A stretch of DNA of 63,974 nucleotides, filler included, from Octopus bimaculoides (GCF_001194135.2; 6 parts of 6 records of this genome joined end to end with filler, not necessarily neighbours in it), one strand, 5' to 3'; shown: positions 13,461-27,168, counted from the whole stretch's first letter. Numbers and translations are program-made. Notes: generated by a model not told the origin, from the letters alone.

Positions 13461-14035
13461 GAGGAAATAAACAGAGAGAGAATAATAAAAAGAATTTGGA
13501 TTTAGCTGTCAATCATGGCGACTGTTTAGTAAAAGTTTGTTGACAGGAGAGCTAGGAAGGAGAAATAATAAAATACTGGTGATCCCAAAATGAAGGTGCG
13601 CGTGTATCTGTGAATGTGAGAGTGTGTAAGTGTGTTTGTGTTGATAGGGGCTGGTGACTTTGACGTGTGGATGTGTGCGGGTGTAAGTGTGTGCGTCTGT
13701 AATAGATGGCTGTGTGGATGATGGTGTGGGAGCTGGGAAGTGGTCAGTGCTACTGTGTGTGGAGTGAGTGGGTGGTGTTTGTGGTGTGGTTTTGCGGTGT
13801 ATGTATGTGAGGGTGGGGGCGTTTGGGGTGAGGGTGTGGGGGTTAAAATGCGGGGTGAGGATGTGGGGGTGGAGGTGTGGGGGTAATGATGTGGGTTGGA
13901 GGTGTGCGTGTTCGGGTGAGGTATGTGAGAGTAGGATGTGTGTGGGTGGTGTGTGGATGGAGGGAAGTATCAATGAAGGGTGAATTTGGGTAGGAGTGAA
14001 GAGAGGAAGTAGGTGACAGATGAAGAGAGGAGAGG

Positions 14036-14321
14036 AGGGGAGTTGAGCTCAATGTGGCGCAAAGGATCGAAGAGAGATGAAATCCTGTTCACGGCGATGG
14101 TGGGAGTCCGGATGACCCCGGTTCAAATAGAATCCAAACACAGACAGGTGTTGTAATGATTGACCGGTTGAGCGGTAATAGCGCGCGACCGGTGTCTTAA
14201 TTCCGAGTGTAATGTCTCAGAGGTGCTCCACGAACCGGTCAGCCGTTTGACCTATATACAGAGAAGGGCAGAAAGAGCAGGAGATGCAGTAAATGACACT
14301 GATAGAAGTGCAGGTAAAGGA
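14036..14321 (-). pseudogene. GIY-YIG endonuclease of a PLE (Neptune-like)
   Basis: Translation SFTCTSISVIYCISCSFCPSLYIGQTADRFVEHL*DITLGIKTPVARYYRSTGQSLQHLSVFG...RREQDFISLRSFAPH / ELNS shows VIY...YIGQT and the CxxC typical of PLE endonucleases. Confidence 0.88.
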
Positions 14322-14328
14322 GACAGTG

Positions 14329-14383
<55 letters not shown>

Positions 14384-15422
14384 ATGTGTATGNNNNNNNN
14401 NNNNNNNNNNNNNNNNNNNNNNNNNNNNNNNNNNNNNNNNNNNNNNNNNNNNNNNNNNNNNNNNNNNNNNNNNNNNNNNNNNNNNNNNNNNNNNNNNNNN
14501 NNNNNNNNNNNNNNNNNNNNNNNNNNNNNNNNNNNNNNNNNNNNNNNNNNNNNNNNNNNNNNNNNNNNNNNNNNNNNNNNNNNNNNNNNNNNNNNNNNNN
14601 NNNNNNNNNNNNNNNNNNNNNNNNNNNNNNNNNNNNNNNNNNNNNNNNNNNNNNNNNNNNNNNNNNNNNNNNNNNNNNNNNNNNNNNNNNNNNNNNNNNN
14701 NNNNNNNNNNNNNNNNNNNNNNTGTTTCTGATATCTGAGGATGGATATTGACATGTATGAGTCTATTTTCAAATATAATTCTGGAGATTTAAAAAAACAA
14801 ACTCACGTTATTTTTTCGTACTCATTTTGCCCCATCCAAGGAGAACGGTGATAGGTTTATGAATATGTTACAGAAATTTTAGCGCATTTAAAGAAACTCT
14901 TTTGCTTAACTGATTTTGTTAGATAGTAAAGATTTGTAAAAAAACTTTCCTAAAAATCAAAAATGCAGTGAATATCAATCATTGCGCTCCACCCATCCCA
15001 CCTATTTTCGGAAGATTTTCTACCTCCTTTCATTCCAAAGTCTTCGATCAAAACGTCAAACCTAATCTTACATACCACATATGCTTCTATAGTTAGTAGA
15101 GATGAGGCATCTACAAAAGTATTTTAGCAAGCATGAAGCGATTTCTTTTGTGGCATATACCATTTAGAATTTCTGTGGTGCTCTCCATTTGCCTTCATGG
15201 TGTACGCACATGCTTATATTGCTTAATAGTCAATTCAGCCTTGGGTAGATAGATACATAAATAGATTGAAAGATAAATTAAAATGTCTATAAAATGTATT
15301 CTCCACATTCTTGCCGTAACATGGATATTTGCAATTATTTAATCTCTTGTATATATATTTCATGTAGGCATTTGACATTGCTTTGAAAGTGTAGTAAGAA
15401 ACAAGGATGTTTTATACTTCAG

Positions 15423-15484
<62 letters not shown>

Positions 15485-15553
15485 ATGTATCTATCTGGCT
15501 GTCCCTTTATATCTGTCTATCTGTCTCTCACTCTCTCTGTCTCTATGTCTCTG

Positions 15554-15626
<73 letters not shown>

Positions 15627-16211
15627 NNNNNNNNNNNNNNNNNNNNNNNNNNNNNNNNNNNNNNNNNNNNNNNNNNNNNNNNNNNNNNNNNNNNNNNNNN
15701 NNNNNNNNNNNNNNNNNNNNNNNNNNNNNNNNNNNNNNNNNNNNNNNNNNNNNNNNNNNNNNNNNNNNNNNNNNNNNNNNNNNNNNNNNNNNNNNNNNNN
15801 NNNNNNNNNNNNNNNNNNNNNNNNNNNNNNNNNNNNNNNNNNNNNNNNNNNNNNNNNNNNNNNNNNNNNNNNNNNNNNNNNNNNNNNNNNNNNNNNNNNN
15901 NNNNNNNNNNNNNNNNNNNNNNNNNNNNNNNNNNNNNNNNNNNNNNNNNNNNNNNNNNNNNNNNNNNNNNNNNNNNNNNNNNNNNNNNNNNNNNNNNNNN
16001 NNNNNNNNNNNNNNNNNNNNNNNNNNNNNNNNNNNNNNNNNNNNNNNNNNNNNNNNNNNNNNNNNNNNNNNNNNNNNNNNNNNNNNNNNNNNNNNNNNNN
16101 NNNNNNNNNNNNNNNNNNNNNNNNNNNNNNNNNNNNNNNNNNNNNNNNNNNNNNNNNNNNNNNNNNNNNNNNNNNNNNNNNNNNNNNNNNNNNNNNNNNN
16201 NNNNNNNNNNN

Positions 16212-16228
16212 CGACGCTCTTCCGATCT
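16212..16228 (+). other. Illumina adapter remnant at a contig edge (artefact)
   Basis: CGACGCTCTTCCGATCT is the exact 3' end of the TruSeq read-1 adapter and lies immediately after an N-gap. Confidence 0.95.
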
Positions 16229-16537
16229 TAAAACAGATAAACACGTTAGTATAATTCTACCTAAAATCTCCAAGAAAGTGAGGAGATAGACAAAGAACAT
16301 GTTGTCTTCACTTCAGCTTAGAAGCTACTAAGGTATCAGCAAGAAAGACTTGTCGCAGATCAGTTTTAATTTATAGACTAGTTTATCAAATCTTTGTATC
16401 ATTTAATTAAATTCTATGTCTTTATGCAGCTGAGGATTGCTCTGCATTTGAATTGATGTAATGATGGCATTATTCAATTAAATGGAGTTGCTTGAAACGA
16501 TCGTACTGCATACCTCTGGATATTCCTGTTGCTTTTT

Positions 16538-16577
<40 letters not shown>

Positions 16578-17994
16578 GCATGTAGGCATGAATGTATATA
16601 GACCTCTTGGTTTTCAGTCATGTATATACATACATATATATGTATATGTATGTATGTATGCAAGATTGTATGTATGGATGCATGCATGTATGTATGATTG
16701 ATCAAAGAATAAGTGAATCAACAGACGATAGTTACTTTTCTTTGGAAAAATATATTTCTAAAAACCTCATTTGGGCTGTAATGCGTTCCCAGAGTATATA
16801 GAGCTTAGGAGGAAATACTAATAAAGTATGTATATTAAAATCGTGAAGTATGTTACGTAATAACACACTAATCAGATATGATATAATAACAATTCAATGT
16901 AAATAACTCTGAAAAGGGATTCTATGTGTTCCCAGAAAATATTACCCTCAGCGGCGCTTGTGTTGGTATATTCGTTAATAAGTCACTAACCGAAATAAGT
17001 GGATCTATTGTTTAGGAAAATATTATTTACTTGTTTAAGGATTGTACTGGATAAATTGCGAAAATAGCTCTAACAGTTCAAATACTAAGAAATAAGCATA
17101 CTCAATTTGATTTATACTAAATGATTTAGGAAAATGAATGAGTTATTTCCCTTGGCTGTGAAAATCTGGGCAAATGGGTTATTTCCCTTGGCAATTAAAA
17201 TGAAATATAGCAGATATATATATAAGGATCCATTACAGGGGCCCAATTATCGATTTTTTTCAACAATCTGACTATGCTATGAGGTTTCCAGGCATTAGTT
17301 CTAGTTTCATCATGAGTTTGTATCATCAAAATTGATAAAACGATGTAGGAGGAGTTACCTAACAACTCCACAAACACACCCACAGGCAGAATTTTCCACA
17401 AATGTAGTAGATATATATATGTATAAATATATATATGTACACATATATATGTATACATACATACTCATACAAGAGATGCATGAGTTACATCAGTTTTTTT
17501 CATTGACGACAAGAAAGTAATTGGATGTTCATGGAAATATAAGGATATGTAAAATCAATTGGTTGAATTGACTACACACACACACACACACACATACGCA
17601 CACACACACACACAGAGACACACACAGACACACACAGACACACACACTCATAATGCTCTATACTCACCTAACGCTTTGTTCTGAAGCGCATGTATATCGA
17701 GTTCCAGAACCAGGTTATTAGTATCTCTATGCCTTTGCAAAATCGTATTAGACAGACATAAGTGCATAAACATATACAGTCATGTATGTTATATATATAT
17801 ATATATGTATATATGTATTCTCATAATCACCTACCAACATTAACATTAATCCGATCATCCATCCATCCAACTATCCATTCATCCATTCATGAATATATTC
17901 CTACGTACCTACGTACCTACCTACATACATACAAACATACATACATGCATGCATGCATGTGTGCGTATGTATATATATATATATATATATATAT

Positions 17995-18094
17995 NNNNNN
18001 NNNNNNNNNNNNNNNNNNNNNNNNNNNNNNNNNNNNNNTTAATTAATTAANNNNNNNNNNNNNNNNNNNNNNNNNNNNNNNNNNNNNNNNNNNN
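17995..18094. other. Artificial 100-bp scaffold linker
   Basis: 44 N + TTAATTAATTAA (18039-18050; stop codons in all six frames) + 44 N. Confidence 0.95.
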
Positions 18095-18589
18095 GTAAGT
18101 GTGACATTAAGTTGACATTTACCGTTGTTGCCGGTGTGATGGCGTCCTGCAGTGCGTTGTTGTGTGATGTTTTGTTATGGAATTCATTATGTCATGTTGT
18201 GATGCCTTCTGGTAGAAAGCAATGCACTTTGGCAACGCGTAGACGTTTGTAATGTTATGGAGTTCGTACTGCAATGTGTAAGTAAAATGCTTTCAAATGC
18301 TTTCGAAATTTTGGCTCAAGAAGTGTGTAAGTAATTTTGAGGAGTGGGGGGAGTAAGTCGATGACATCGGCCCCAGTATGTGACTGGTACTATGTTTTAC
18401 CGAAAGTCGGTGATGAAAGGTAAATTTGACATCGGCAGGATTTGAAAATTTTCTTGCGGCACGACATTGTGAAGTCGGTTTGATTTGACGTTAAGTTTTG
18501 AGGATAAGTAAAATGTGATGTTGTGATGTTTAGTCGGATTCGGTGTGGTGTAGTACAACAGTATAGTAAAATGTGACATGGTGTAATCT

Positions 18590-18850
18590 GATGTGATGTT
18601 GTGGTCTTCATTGTGTTTTAATGCTGTGATCTTTAATTTGTGTAATGTGATCTTCATCGTAGAGTAATGTAATTTTTTCATGTGACATTGTGGACTTCAT
18701 TATGGTGTGATAGTGTACATCTTCATTGCGTGAGATATGATTTCCATTGTCTGTGCTGTCGTAGTCTTTATTGTATATGATGCTGTGGTCTTCATTACGA
18801 TGTAATGCTGTGATCTTCATTGTGGTGTGATGTGTATTTTCAGTGTGACG
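18590..18850. repeat. Degenerate minisatellite (about 25-bp unit with GTGRTCTTCATTG core)
   Basis: Core variants (gtggtcttcattg, gtgatcttcatcg, gtggacttcatta, gtggtcttcatta, gtgatcttcattg) recur within a TGTGA-rich tract. Confidence 0.6.
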
Positions 18851-19367
18851 TTTTCACCTTGTCTGATGCGATGTATGTATGTATGTGTATGATGCATGTG
18901 TATGAATTTATCCGCTTAAACTATTGCCGTGTATATTGATTCAGTATCGTCATACGATGTTTATCCATTTGACATCTTCTCACTGTGGACTTCCTGTCAA
19001 CATCTAAGCGCTGTGTGACCAATTCACATCAACGCGCTGTCTCTGTCCAGTCAATATTTACACAATATGTCTAATCACTGTGCAACTACACTATCTCCAT
19101 TCAATAAAATTCAATAAAAGGCATATTAGGTATTTTTCTTGTCATCATCTGCTCTCTGTGTAAGCTGTCAAAATCAACAACGTATTTGTCCAATCAACAT
19201 CTACAAATTATCCTGTCAATCTATTACACAGTATTGACATCCATTGAGCACGTCAAATATATATATATTCACAATACCTGTCAAGTCAATATGTTCAAAT
19301 TAAGTCAACCTAATCAACATCTACACACTGTATGTCTGAAGTCAACGTGAGGTAAGAGGTTTACATC

Positions 19368-19500
19368 CCAATCACATTGTTCCGGATTCAGTCCCACTTC
19401 GTGGCAACATAGGCAGGTGTTTTTTACTATATATGGCCTCGAACGGACCAAAGCCTTGAGAATAGATTTGGTAGATGGAAATGAAAGAAGCCCATTGTAT
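19368..19500 (+). mobile_element. SINE family A, diverged 5' fragment
   Basis: GTTCCGGATTCAGTCCCACTTCGTGGCAAC...GACCAAAGCCTTG...GATTTGGTAGATGGAAA matches the head and core of the other copies. Confidence 0.75.
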
Positions 19501-19529
19501 GTGTGCATGTGTATGCGTGCGTGTATATG

Positions 19530-19609
<80 letters not shown>

Positions 19610-20197
19610 TTTGCGTCTATTCAATCAACATCGTATTTATCAAAACTATGTGCAAATAGATTGATAGATACGTACATACATTCATGCATACATATGTACG
19701 TACGTATGTACGTGTGTCTGTATGGGTGTGTGCGTGTTTATGTGTATTTGTGCGTGTGTGTTTATACGTGTGATGCATGTATGTAGACACTGTCTACACA
19801 ATTATTATCTACTCATTGTGTCTAGCCGTCAACGTCTACGCACACAGTTTCGATACACTCAAGATGAAGGAGAAACAATCAGCACCAAAGCCGTTATTAG
19901 TCAAAAACTACCACCTCAAAATAAGTACTCTTCCTGCAGCCCCACCGTCATAGCTGTCCCAGTCACCGTCAACACGTCATCCTCCTCTTCATCATCATCA
20001 TTGTCGTCGTCGTCGTCGTCATCATCATCATCTTCGTTATTATTGTCGTTGGTATTGCACAAAGGAGCACTCTCTTGGTAGTAATCCCACCCGGCGCACC
20101 ATTATAGCACGACAACCATGTTAACATTGTTAGACGGTTGTGCGGGATAAAGAGAGAGTAAAAGAGAGAGCAGGAGGGAGCAAGGAAAGTAGGGAGG

Positions 20198-20240
<43 letters not shown>

Positions 20241-20499
20241 TAAAATACAAATAGGCAGACAGATAGACAGACAAGCAGACTGACAGAGTGAGAAGGTAAA
20301 TATATATCGATAGATAGATAGATAGATAGATAGATAGACAGATTGACTGATTGATTGATTGAGTGAGTGATTGATTGATAGACAGATAGATAGACGGACG
20401 GGTAGACGGACAGATGGATAGATACCTAGACAAAGAGATAGACAGTCGGACAGTCAGACAGAATGACAGACTGACCGACAGACAGGCAGACAGACAGAC

Positions 20500-20554
<55 letters not shown>

Positions 20555-21069
20555 CAGACAATCACAAAAACAACCAATCAGACAGATACACCGAAGTATA
20601 TACATACGTACATACATGCATATAAACAATCATACATACATACACACTTACGTACAGCCATACATAAATATATTTGTATATATACATTCATACTTATATA
20701 TACATATATATTCATATGCATGCATAGGACGACAAACGAAGAGACATACTATTAGACCCATACAATTACACACGCGCACGCACGCACGCACACACACACG
20801 CACACACACACACAAACCGATAGTCAGAGAGATAAATAGAAAGATAGATTTTGTACACTCAGACAAAATGGACAGACATTATAGTAGTTATATCAAGACT
20901 TTATAAATAGATAAAGCATTTCAAAGATACATTTATTTAAATACATTAATATATAATATATAATAATACTCATTTATATGTGTATACATGTGTGTTTATG
21001 TGCATCTATATGTGTGTAAACATACGCATACACATAGAGATATACATACGTACATAAATACACACACAC

Positions 21070-21112
<43 letters not shown>

Positions 21113-22361
21113 NNNNNNNNNNNNNNNNNNNNNNNNNNNNNNNNNNNNNNNNNNNNNNNNNNNNNNNNNNNNNNNNNNNNNNNNNNNNNNNNNNNNNNNN
21201 NNNNNNNNNNNNNNNNNNNNNNNNNNNNNNNNNNNNNNNNNNNNNNNNNNNNNNNNNNNNNNNNNNNNNNNNNNNNNNNNNNNNNNNNNNNNNNNNNNNN
21301 NNNNNNNNNNNNNNNNNNNNNNNNNNNNNNNNNNNNNNNNNNNNNNNNNNNNNNNNNNNNNNNNNNNNNNNNNNNNNNNNNNNNNNNNNNNNNNNNNNNN
21401 NNNNNNNNNNNNNNNNNNNNNNNNNNNNNNNNNNNNNNNNNNNNNNNNNNNNNNNNNNNNNNNNNNNNNNNNNNNNNNNNNNNNNNNNNNNNNNNNNNNN
21501 NNNNNNNNNNNNNNNNNNNNNNNNNNNNNNNNNNNNNNNNNNNNNNNNNNNNNNNNNNNNNNNNNNNNNNNNNNNNNNNNNNNNNNNNNNNNNNNNNNNN
21601 NNNNNNNNNNNNNNNNNNNNNNNNNNNNNNNNNNNNNNNNNNNNNNNNNNNNNNNNNNNNNNNNNNNNNNNNNNNNNNNNNNNNNNNNNNNNNNNNNNNN
21701 NNNNNNNNNNNNNNNNNNNNNNNNNNNNNNNNNNNNNNNNNNNNNNNNNNNNNNNNNNNNNNNNNNNNNNNNNNNNNNNNNNNNNNNNNNNNNNNATATA
21801 TATATATATATATATAAATACATACATATACGTTCATAAATGCATATAAATACACTCACACAAACACACACATACATACAAGAACACATACATAGCTTGA
21901 TGTCACAAACATCAGTATAGTTATAGCTAAAACTATAGCAATAACCTCAATAACTACAATAAACATGATCATATACCGAAGCGATAAGCTGGCTGTGTAC
22001 GTACTTTTATAGTAATTGGTCGGTACAACAATCTATTTAGTGTAGACAATACTACATTACTGAATCTACCATTGAATCGTTACTAATACGCCGTCGCTTC
22101 CAATCGCTATTATTCCAACATTATTACACGCCATTATTTCACACCAATTTAGAAGGGGAGGGGCGACTCTTGTAATTTCATTAGTGTTAATCACAAACAA
22201 ACAAGAGAAAGAGACGGAAAGAGACGGAAAGAGACGAGAAAGAGAAAATAAATATGTGCATGAATCGGCTTATTGGTCTGGTGTTAGTTTGGCGTGGTTT
22301 GGCGTTTTTCCACATGAAACGCATATATTTCTGTGAAATATTGGACATTGTGTGTGTGTGT

Positions 22362-22420
<59 letters not shown>

Positions 22421-23492
22421 NNNNNNNNNNNNNNNNNNNNNNNNNNNNNNNNNNNNNNNNNNNNNNNNNNNNNNNNNNNNNNNNNNNNNNNNNNNNNNNN
22501 NNNNNNNNNNNNNNNNNNNNNNNNNNNNNNNNNNNNNNNNNNNNNNNNNNNNNNNNNNNNNNNNNNNNNNNNNNNNNNNNNNNNNNNNNNNNNNNNNNNN
22601 NNNNNNNNNNNNNNNNNNNNNNNNNNNNNNNNNNNNNNNNNNNNNNNNNNNNNNNNNNNNNNNNNNNNNNNNNNNNNNNNNNNNNNNNNNNNNNNNNNNN
22701 NNNNNNNNNNNNNNNNNNNNNNNNNNNNNNNNNNNNNNNNNNNNNNNNNNNNNNNNNNNNNNNNNNNNNNNNNNNNNNNNNNNNNNNNNNNNNNNNNNNN
22801 NNNNNNNNNNNNNNNNNNNNNNNNNNNNNNNNNNNNNNNNNNNNNNNNNNNNNNNNNNNNNNNNNNNNNNNNNNNNNNNNNNNNNNNNNNNNNNNNNNNN
22901 NNNNNNNNNNNNNNNNNNNNNNNNNNNNNNNNNNNNNNNNNNNNNNNNNNNNNNNNNNNNNNNNNNNNNNNNNNNNNNNNNNNNNNNNNNNNNNNNNNNN
23001 NNNNNNNNNNNNNNNNNNNNNNNNNNNNNNNNNNNNNNNNNNNNNNNNNNNNNNNNNNNNNNNNNNNNNNNNNNNNNNNNNNNNNNNNNNNNNNNNNNNN
23101 NNNNNNNNNNNNNNNNNNNNNNNNNNNNNNNNNNNNNNNNNNNNNNNNNNNNNNNNNNNNNNNNNNNNNNNNNNNNNNNNNNNNNNNNNNNNNNNNNNNN
23201 NNNNNNNNNNNNNNNNNNNNNNNNNNNNNNNNNNNNNNNATAATTATATCTATCTATATATGTATATATGCATAAATATATATAAGTATATACATATACA
23301 TATATATATGTATATATATGTATGTATATATATGCGTGTGTGTATATAGGTATCGGTTTCTATGCGTATCTGTAATTCTGAGTATGTGGGTATATATATA
23401 TTTATATATATGAGGAGGAAGCTGTGGGTGTCTGTGTGTGGGTGTGGGGGGTGCATAAATAGATAGACAGACAGTCAGACAGACAGACAGAC

Positions 23493-23557
<65 letters not shown>

Positions 23558-23653
23558 TGTATATATTTGTGTCTTTCTGTAGTTATGAAATAGCAGCAGA
23601 GATATCATTTTTAACAATTACTCTCTATGTATTTTAGTTCTAATCCACTGCAG

Positions 23654-23689
23654 ACATATTTCGAGAACTGAGTTCCCATCCTGGCCCTG
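23654..23689 (+). CDS. Candidate internal exon 1 (36 nt, phase 1-1) of an unknown gene
   Basis: Acceptor ...ttctaatccactgcag| and donor |gtatct. Open frame xIFRELSSHPGP(G). Splice-signal evidence only. Confidence 0.2.
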
Positions 23690-24474
23690 GTATCTATTGC
23701 ACGGAATATGCTCCACTATTCTAAACTGGACAACCTATACTACACGAACAATAGCTGATCTTGATCAGAGCTCGCCTATGTCCACTCAAGAACGTCAAAA
23801 ACAACAATGCAAGAAAGCAATGAAGTTATTCCCTTTCTTCCAACCAATATGTTAACATAGTTAGAAATGCTGAATTAATCTGTCGATACTCGGAGTGTTA
23901 CACTTCATTCAAGAAATACGATGGATTGCATTTATGTTTTTCCTGCAGTTTATTGGCTGGTAGATGTTAGGCATTAAGCTACCGATCCCTCTGGTGGCGC
24001 AGTGAGTGTATTGTGATTGTCTATCGAGATGTTTGCCGTATCTTAACAGACGTGGTTTCTATGATTGAAGTGAAGACGCTTCTAGAATGTTTGAATTTGA
24101 AATCATTTTAAAATGTTGCTTTTTGTTTATAGTAGCTGAATCCTTGTGTCACCAACCCCTTTCTAAGGCGACCGTGTTTCTTGAAAACAGGTGTAAAATT
24201 TCTCCAATGTAACTAATATATTAGCCTACTATGGTGTAATATTTATTATGGTTCAAATTGTGTTTTTAATATTCTTAGGTTTCTATATGTAATAAAGAAT
24301 TAATGTTAATTTTGCCACTGAAGCTGAAGGAGTATGTGTGCTGGTTGAAACTATTTTAAAGGCATAAACTCTCAGTCCAAAAGAATTTCAATTCAGAGCG
24401 GATATTAAATTGCAAGTTAACTCTACTGTCGTAGGGTAACTCGTGTGTTTTCGGTTGTGTTGTTAGATCTGTAG

Positions 24475-24529
24475 GTGATGTTGTCCAGAAAACAGGGACT
24501 GGTTCGAAGACCGTGAGAAAGCTGTGTAC
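24475..24529 (+). CDS. Candidate internal exon 2 (55 nt, phase 1-2)
   Basis: Acceptor ...gttagatctgtag| and strong donor |gtaaga. Frame (G)DVVQKTGTGSKTVRKLC(T). An alternative acceptor at ...gtccag| gives (E)NRDWFEDREKAVY. Confidence 0.28.
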
Positions 24530-24622
24530 GTAAGAAGTGTCTCTCGAATAGCATTCATCTAATAATAACGGACGGCGTCTAGCTATATTGGTTTTTACAT
24601 ACGCACCATCATAAGATGTGAG

Positions 24623-24678
<56 letters not shown>

Positions 24679-24701
24679 CTCTCTCTCTCTCNNNNNNNNN
24701 N

Positions 24702-24761
<60 letters not shown>

Positions 24762-24774
24762 TCCCTTGCTATTT

Positions 24775-24960
24775 TCTTAGAGATCGTCGTAGTCTTCGGC
24801 TTTATCCCGTATCCGAGAATCTTCTTTGCTGAACGCTTTCTTTATGGTGACGGCGTTGACGACTCTTTAGACCAATTCTTGCAGAAAAGAGTCAAGGCAC
24901 TCAATGCATTGTAATGTCTGTGGAGAACCAGGTGGAATTTGTCGAGCCTTTCCTTCCTGT
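24775..24960 (-). mobile_element. RTE-clade LINE 3' end remnant
   Basis: Minus-strand peptide KARQIPPGSPQTLQCIECLDSF / SARIGLKSRQRRH resembles the RTE/BovB C-terminal CxxC...ARIGL.SH.R.H motif. Confidence 0.5.
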
Positions 24961-25156
24961 CATTTGAATTAATTATGTATACTTGCATTAAGACTGCTTG
25001 TATTTGCACATGTATGGATTTGTGTTATTGTATGTTTACATGCATATTAGGACAAATGGAAATATGCATATATTGACTTATGTAATTTTATATATGTATA
25101 CGTCCAGTATATATATATGTATGTATGTGGATATATATATATGTATGTGTGTAGTG

Positions 25157-25195
<39 letters not shown>

Positions 25196-25205
25196 NNNNN
25201 NNNNN

Positions 25206-25242
<37 letters not shown>

Positions 25243-25456
25243 GAGTGTATATGTGTATGCCCGAGGTAAATCTCAGTAATGTTCTGCACATTTTTGCAAT
25301 TCCATAAAAGGCTTGTAATAGCAATTTTCATGTGGGCATGTATTACATGTCATGTGCGCGTATATATATATATATGTGTGTGTGTGTGCATGCTTATGTA
25401 TATGTGTGCATATGTGTGTATAAGTGTGTACGTACAGATATATGCTTGCAAGAAAG

Positions 25457-25488
<32 letters not shown>

Positions 25489-25764
25489 CATATGTGGAGC
25501 ATGGTCGATGATCAAATCTGTGGGCCCTCACACGAACAGATAAAAACTCTATATGTGTATATATATATATGTATGTGTGTGCATATGTGTATGTGTGTGT
25601 GTGTGTGAAGTATGATATACTTCGAAATATGAATATTGAATCTATATATTCATGCATGAGTACGCACACATTTAAATATGCACCCTAACATATACGCCCG
25701 AACATACATACATACATACATGCGTGTGTATGTAGACATCGACAGATGTATGCATAACTATAAG

Positions 25765-25862
<98 letters not shown>

Positions 25863-25956
25863 CATGTATGTATATGTATGTATTATATATAAGCATGGTT
25901 GTGTGTACACGGTTATGTACATGTGTATGAGTGTATATATTTATATATGTATATAA

Positions 25957-26022
<66 letters not shown>

Positions 26023-26950
26023 ATATATATATACATACATATGTATATATATATATATATATATATACATATATATAATTTCATATGCCTATATATATGT
26101 AGATGAATGTGTACGTGTATATATATATATATGTACATATATATNNNNNNNNNNNNNNNNNNNNNNNNNNNNNNNNNNNNNNNNNNNNNNNNNNNNNNNN
26201 NNNNNNNNNNNNNNNNNNNNNNNNNNNNNNNNNNNNNNNNNNNNNNNNNNNNNNNNNNNNNNNNNNNNNNNNNNNNNNNNNNNNNNNNNNNNNNNNNNNN
26301 NNNNNNNNNNNNNNNNNNNNNNNNNNNNNNNNNNNNNNNNNNNNNNNNNNNNNNNNNNNNNNNNNNNNNNNNNATATATATATATATATATATATACAAA
26401 CACATTCATGTACACATATATACGCATATGAAATTATATTGCATTAAACACCCTGTCAAAATATAAAATTAAATAAAATATATTAATATAAAATGGAAGA
26501 AAAATGAACAATTGAAAGATGAGAAAATATTGAAATGATTTAGTTTCAAATAACTTTTGCCAAAAGTGATTAGCAAAAACCAGCATTGCCAGTAATTTTC
26601 TTGCTAATCATCATCGAATTATCAAATAATTATCTTAATAAATGTAGTTTTGATTTAAAAGATGGGCTTGCATTGTAATTAGTTTTAATTTTATTCTATC
26701 GTATTTCGCAGCCACAACAAAAAAAAAACATTATTGTTAGCATCTTTATCATCATCATCATCATCGTCGTCGTCATCATCGTCGTTATAATTATTATTGT
26801 TGTTGTTGTTATTGTTATTATTATAAACATCGTTAATATTGAGACATCTCGTTTCTCATGGCACATCTGTAATGGCGAATTAATCTCTTCTGTCACAGCG
26901 TATTTTAGCTCACGAAATACACCCGATTATCTTCATAAACACATATGCAC

Positions 26951-27168
26951 TTTTGCTCCTTTGCTTGTTTCAATTGTTTGACTGCGTCCATGCTGGAGCA
27001 CCACCTCGATGGGTTTTAGTAGACGAAATTCACGCCAGGACTTATTTCTTAAACATTCTCTCAGTCCCTTTAGCCGAACCGCTAAGTTACGGGGACGTAA
27101 CACACCAACACCGATTGTCACTCGATGATGAGGGGACAAACACAGACACAAAGACACATACACACACA
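26951..27168 (-). mobile_element. SINE family A, 3' half
   Basis: CCATGCTGGAGCACC...GCCGAACCGCTAAGTTACGGGGACGTAA shared with the 7181 and 44641 copies. Confidence 0.85.

Larger units (their letters stand above)
13337..14321 (-). mobile_element. Penelope-like element (PLE) 3' fragment: GIY-YIG endonuclease, CA-rich linker and terminal repeat
   Basis: Endonuclease at 14036-14321, degenerate (CA)-rich tract at 13560-14035, hammerhead-like motif at 13415-13460, and an end abutting (TA)n at 13336. Confidence 0.8.

Noticed and set aside
17142-17192. 15-bp direct repeat GTTATTTCCCTTGGC as a target-site duplication
   Set aside because: Only 21 bp lie between the copies, so a small tandem duplication is the simpler explanation.
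18039-18050. TTAATTAATTAA as a regulatory or homeobox site
   Set aside because: It is always centred in exactly 88 N, so it is an assembly linker.
18590-18850. CRISPR-like repeat-spacer array
   Set aside because: The units are degenerate and contiguous, there are no unique spacers of constant length, and the context is eukaryotic with no cas genes.
23988-24003. CTCF-like CCCTCTGGTGGCGC (a weaker one near 34320)
   Set aside because: A single partial motif match is expected by chance and has no independent support.
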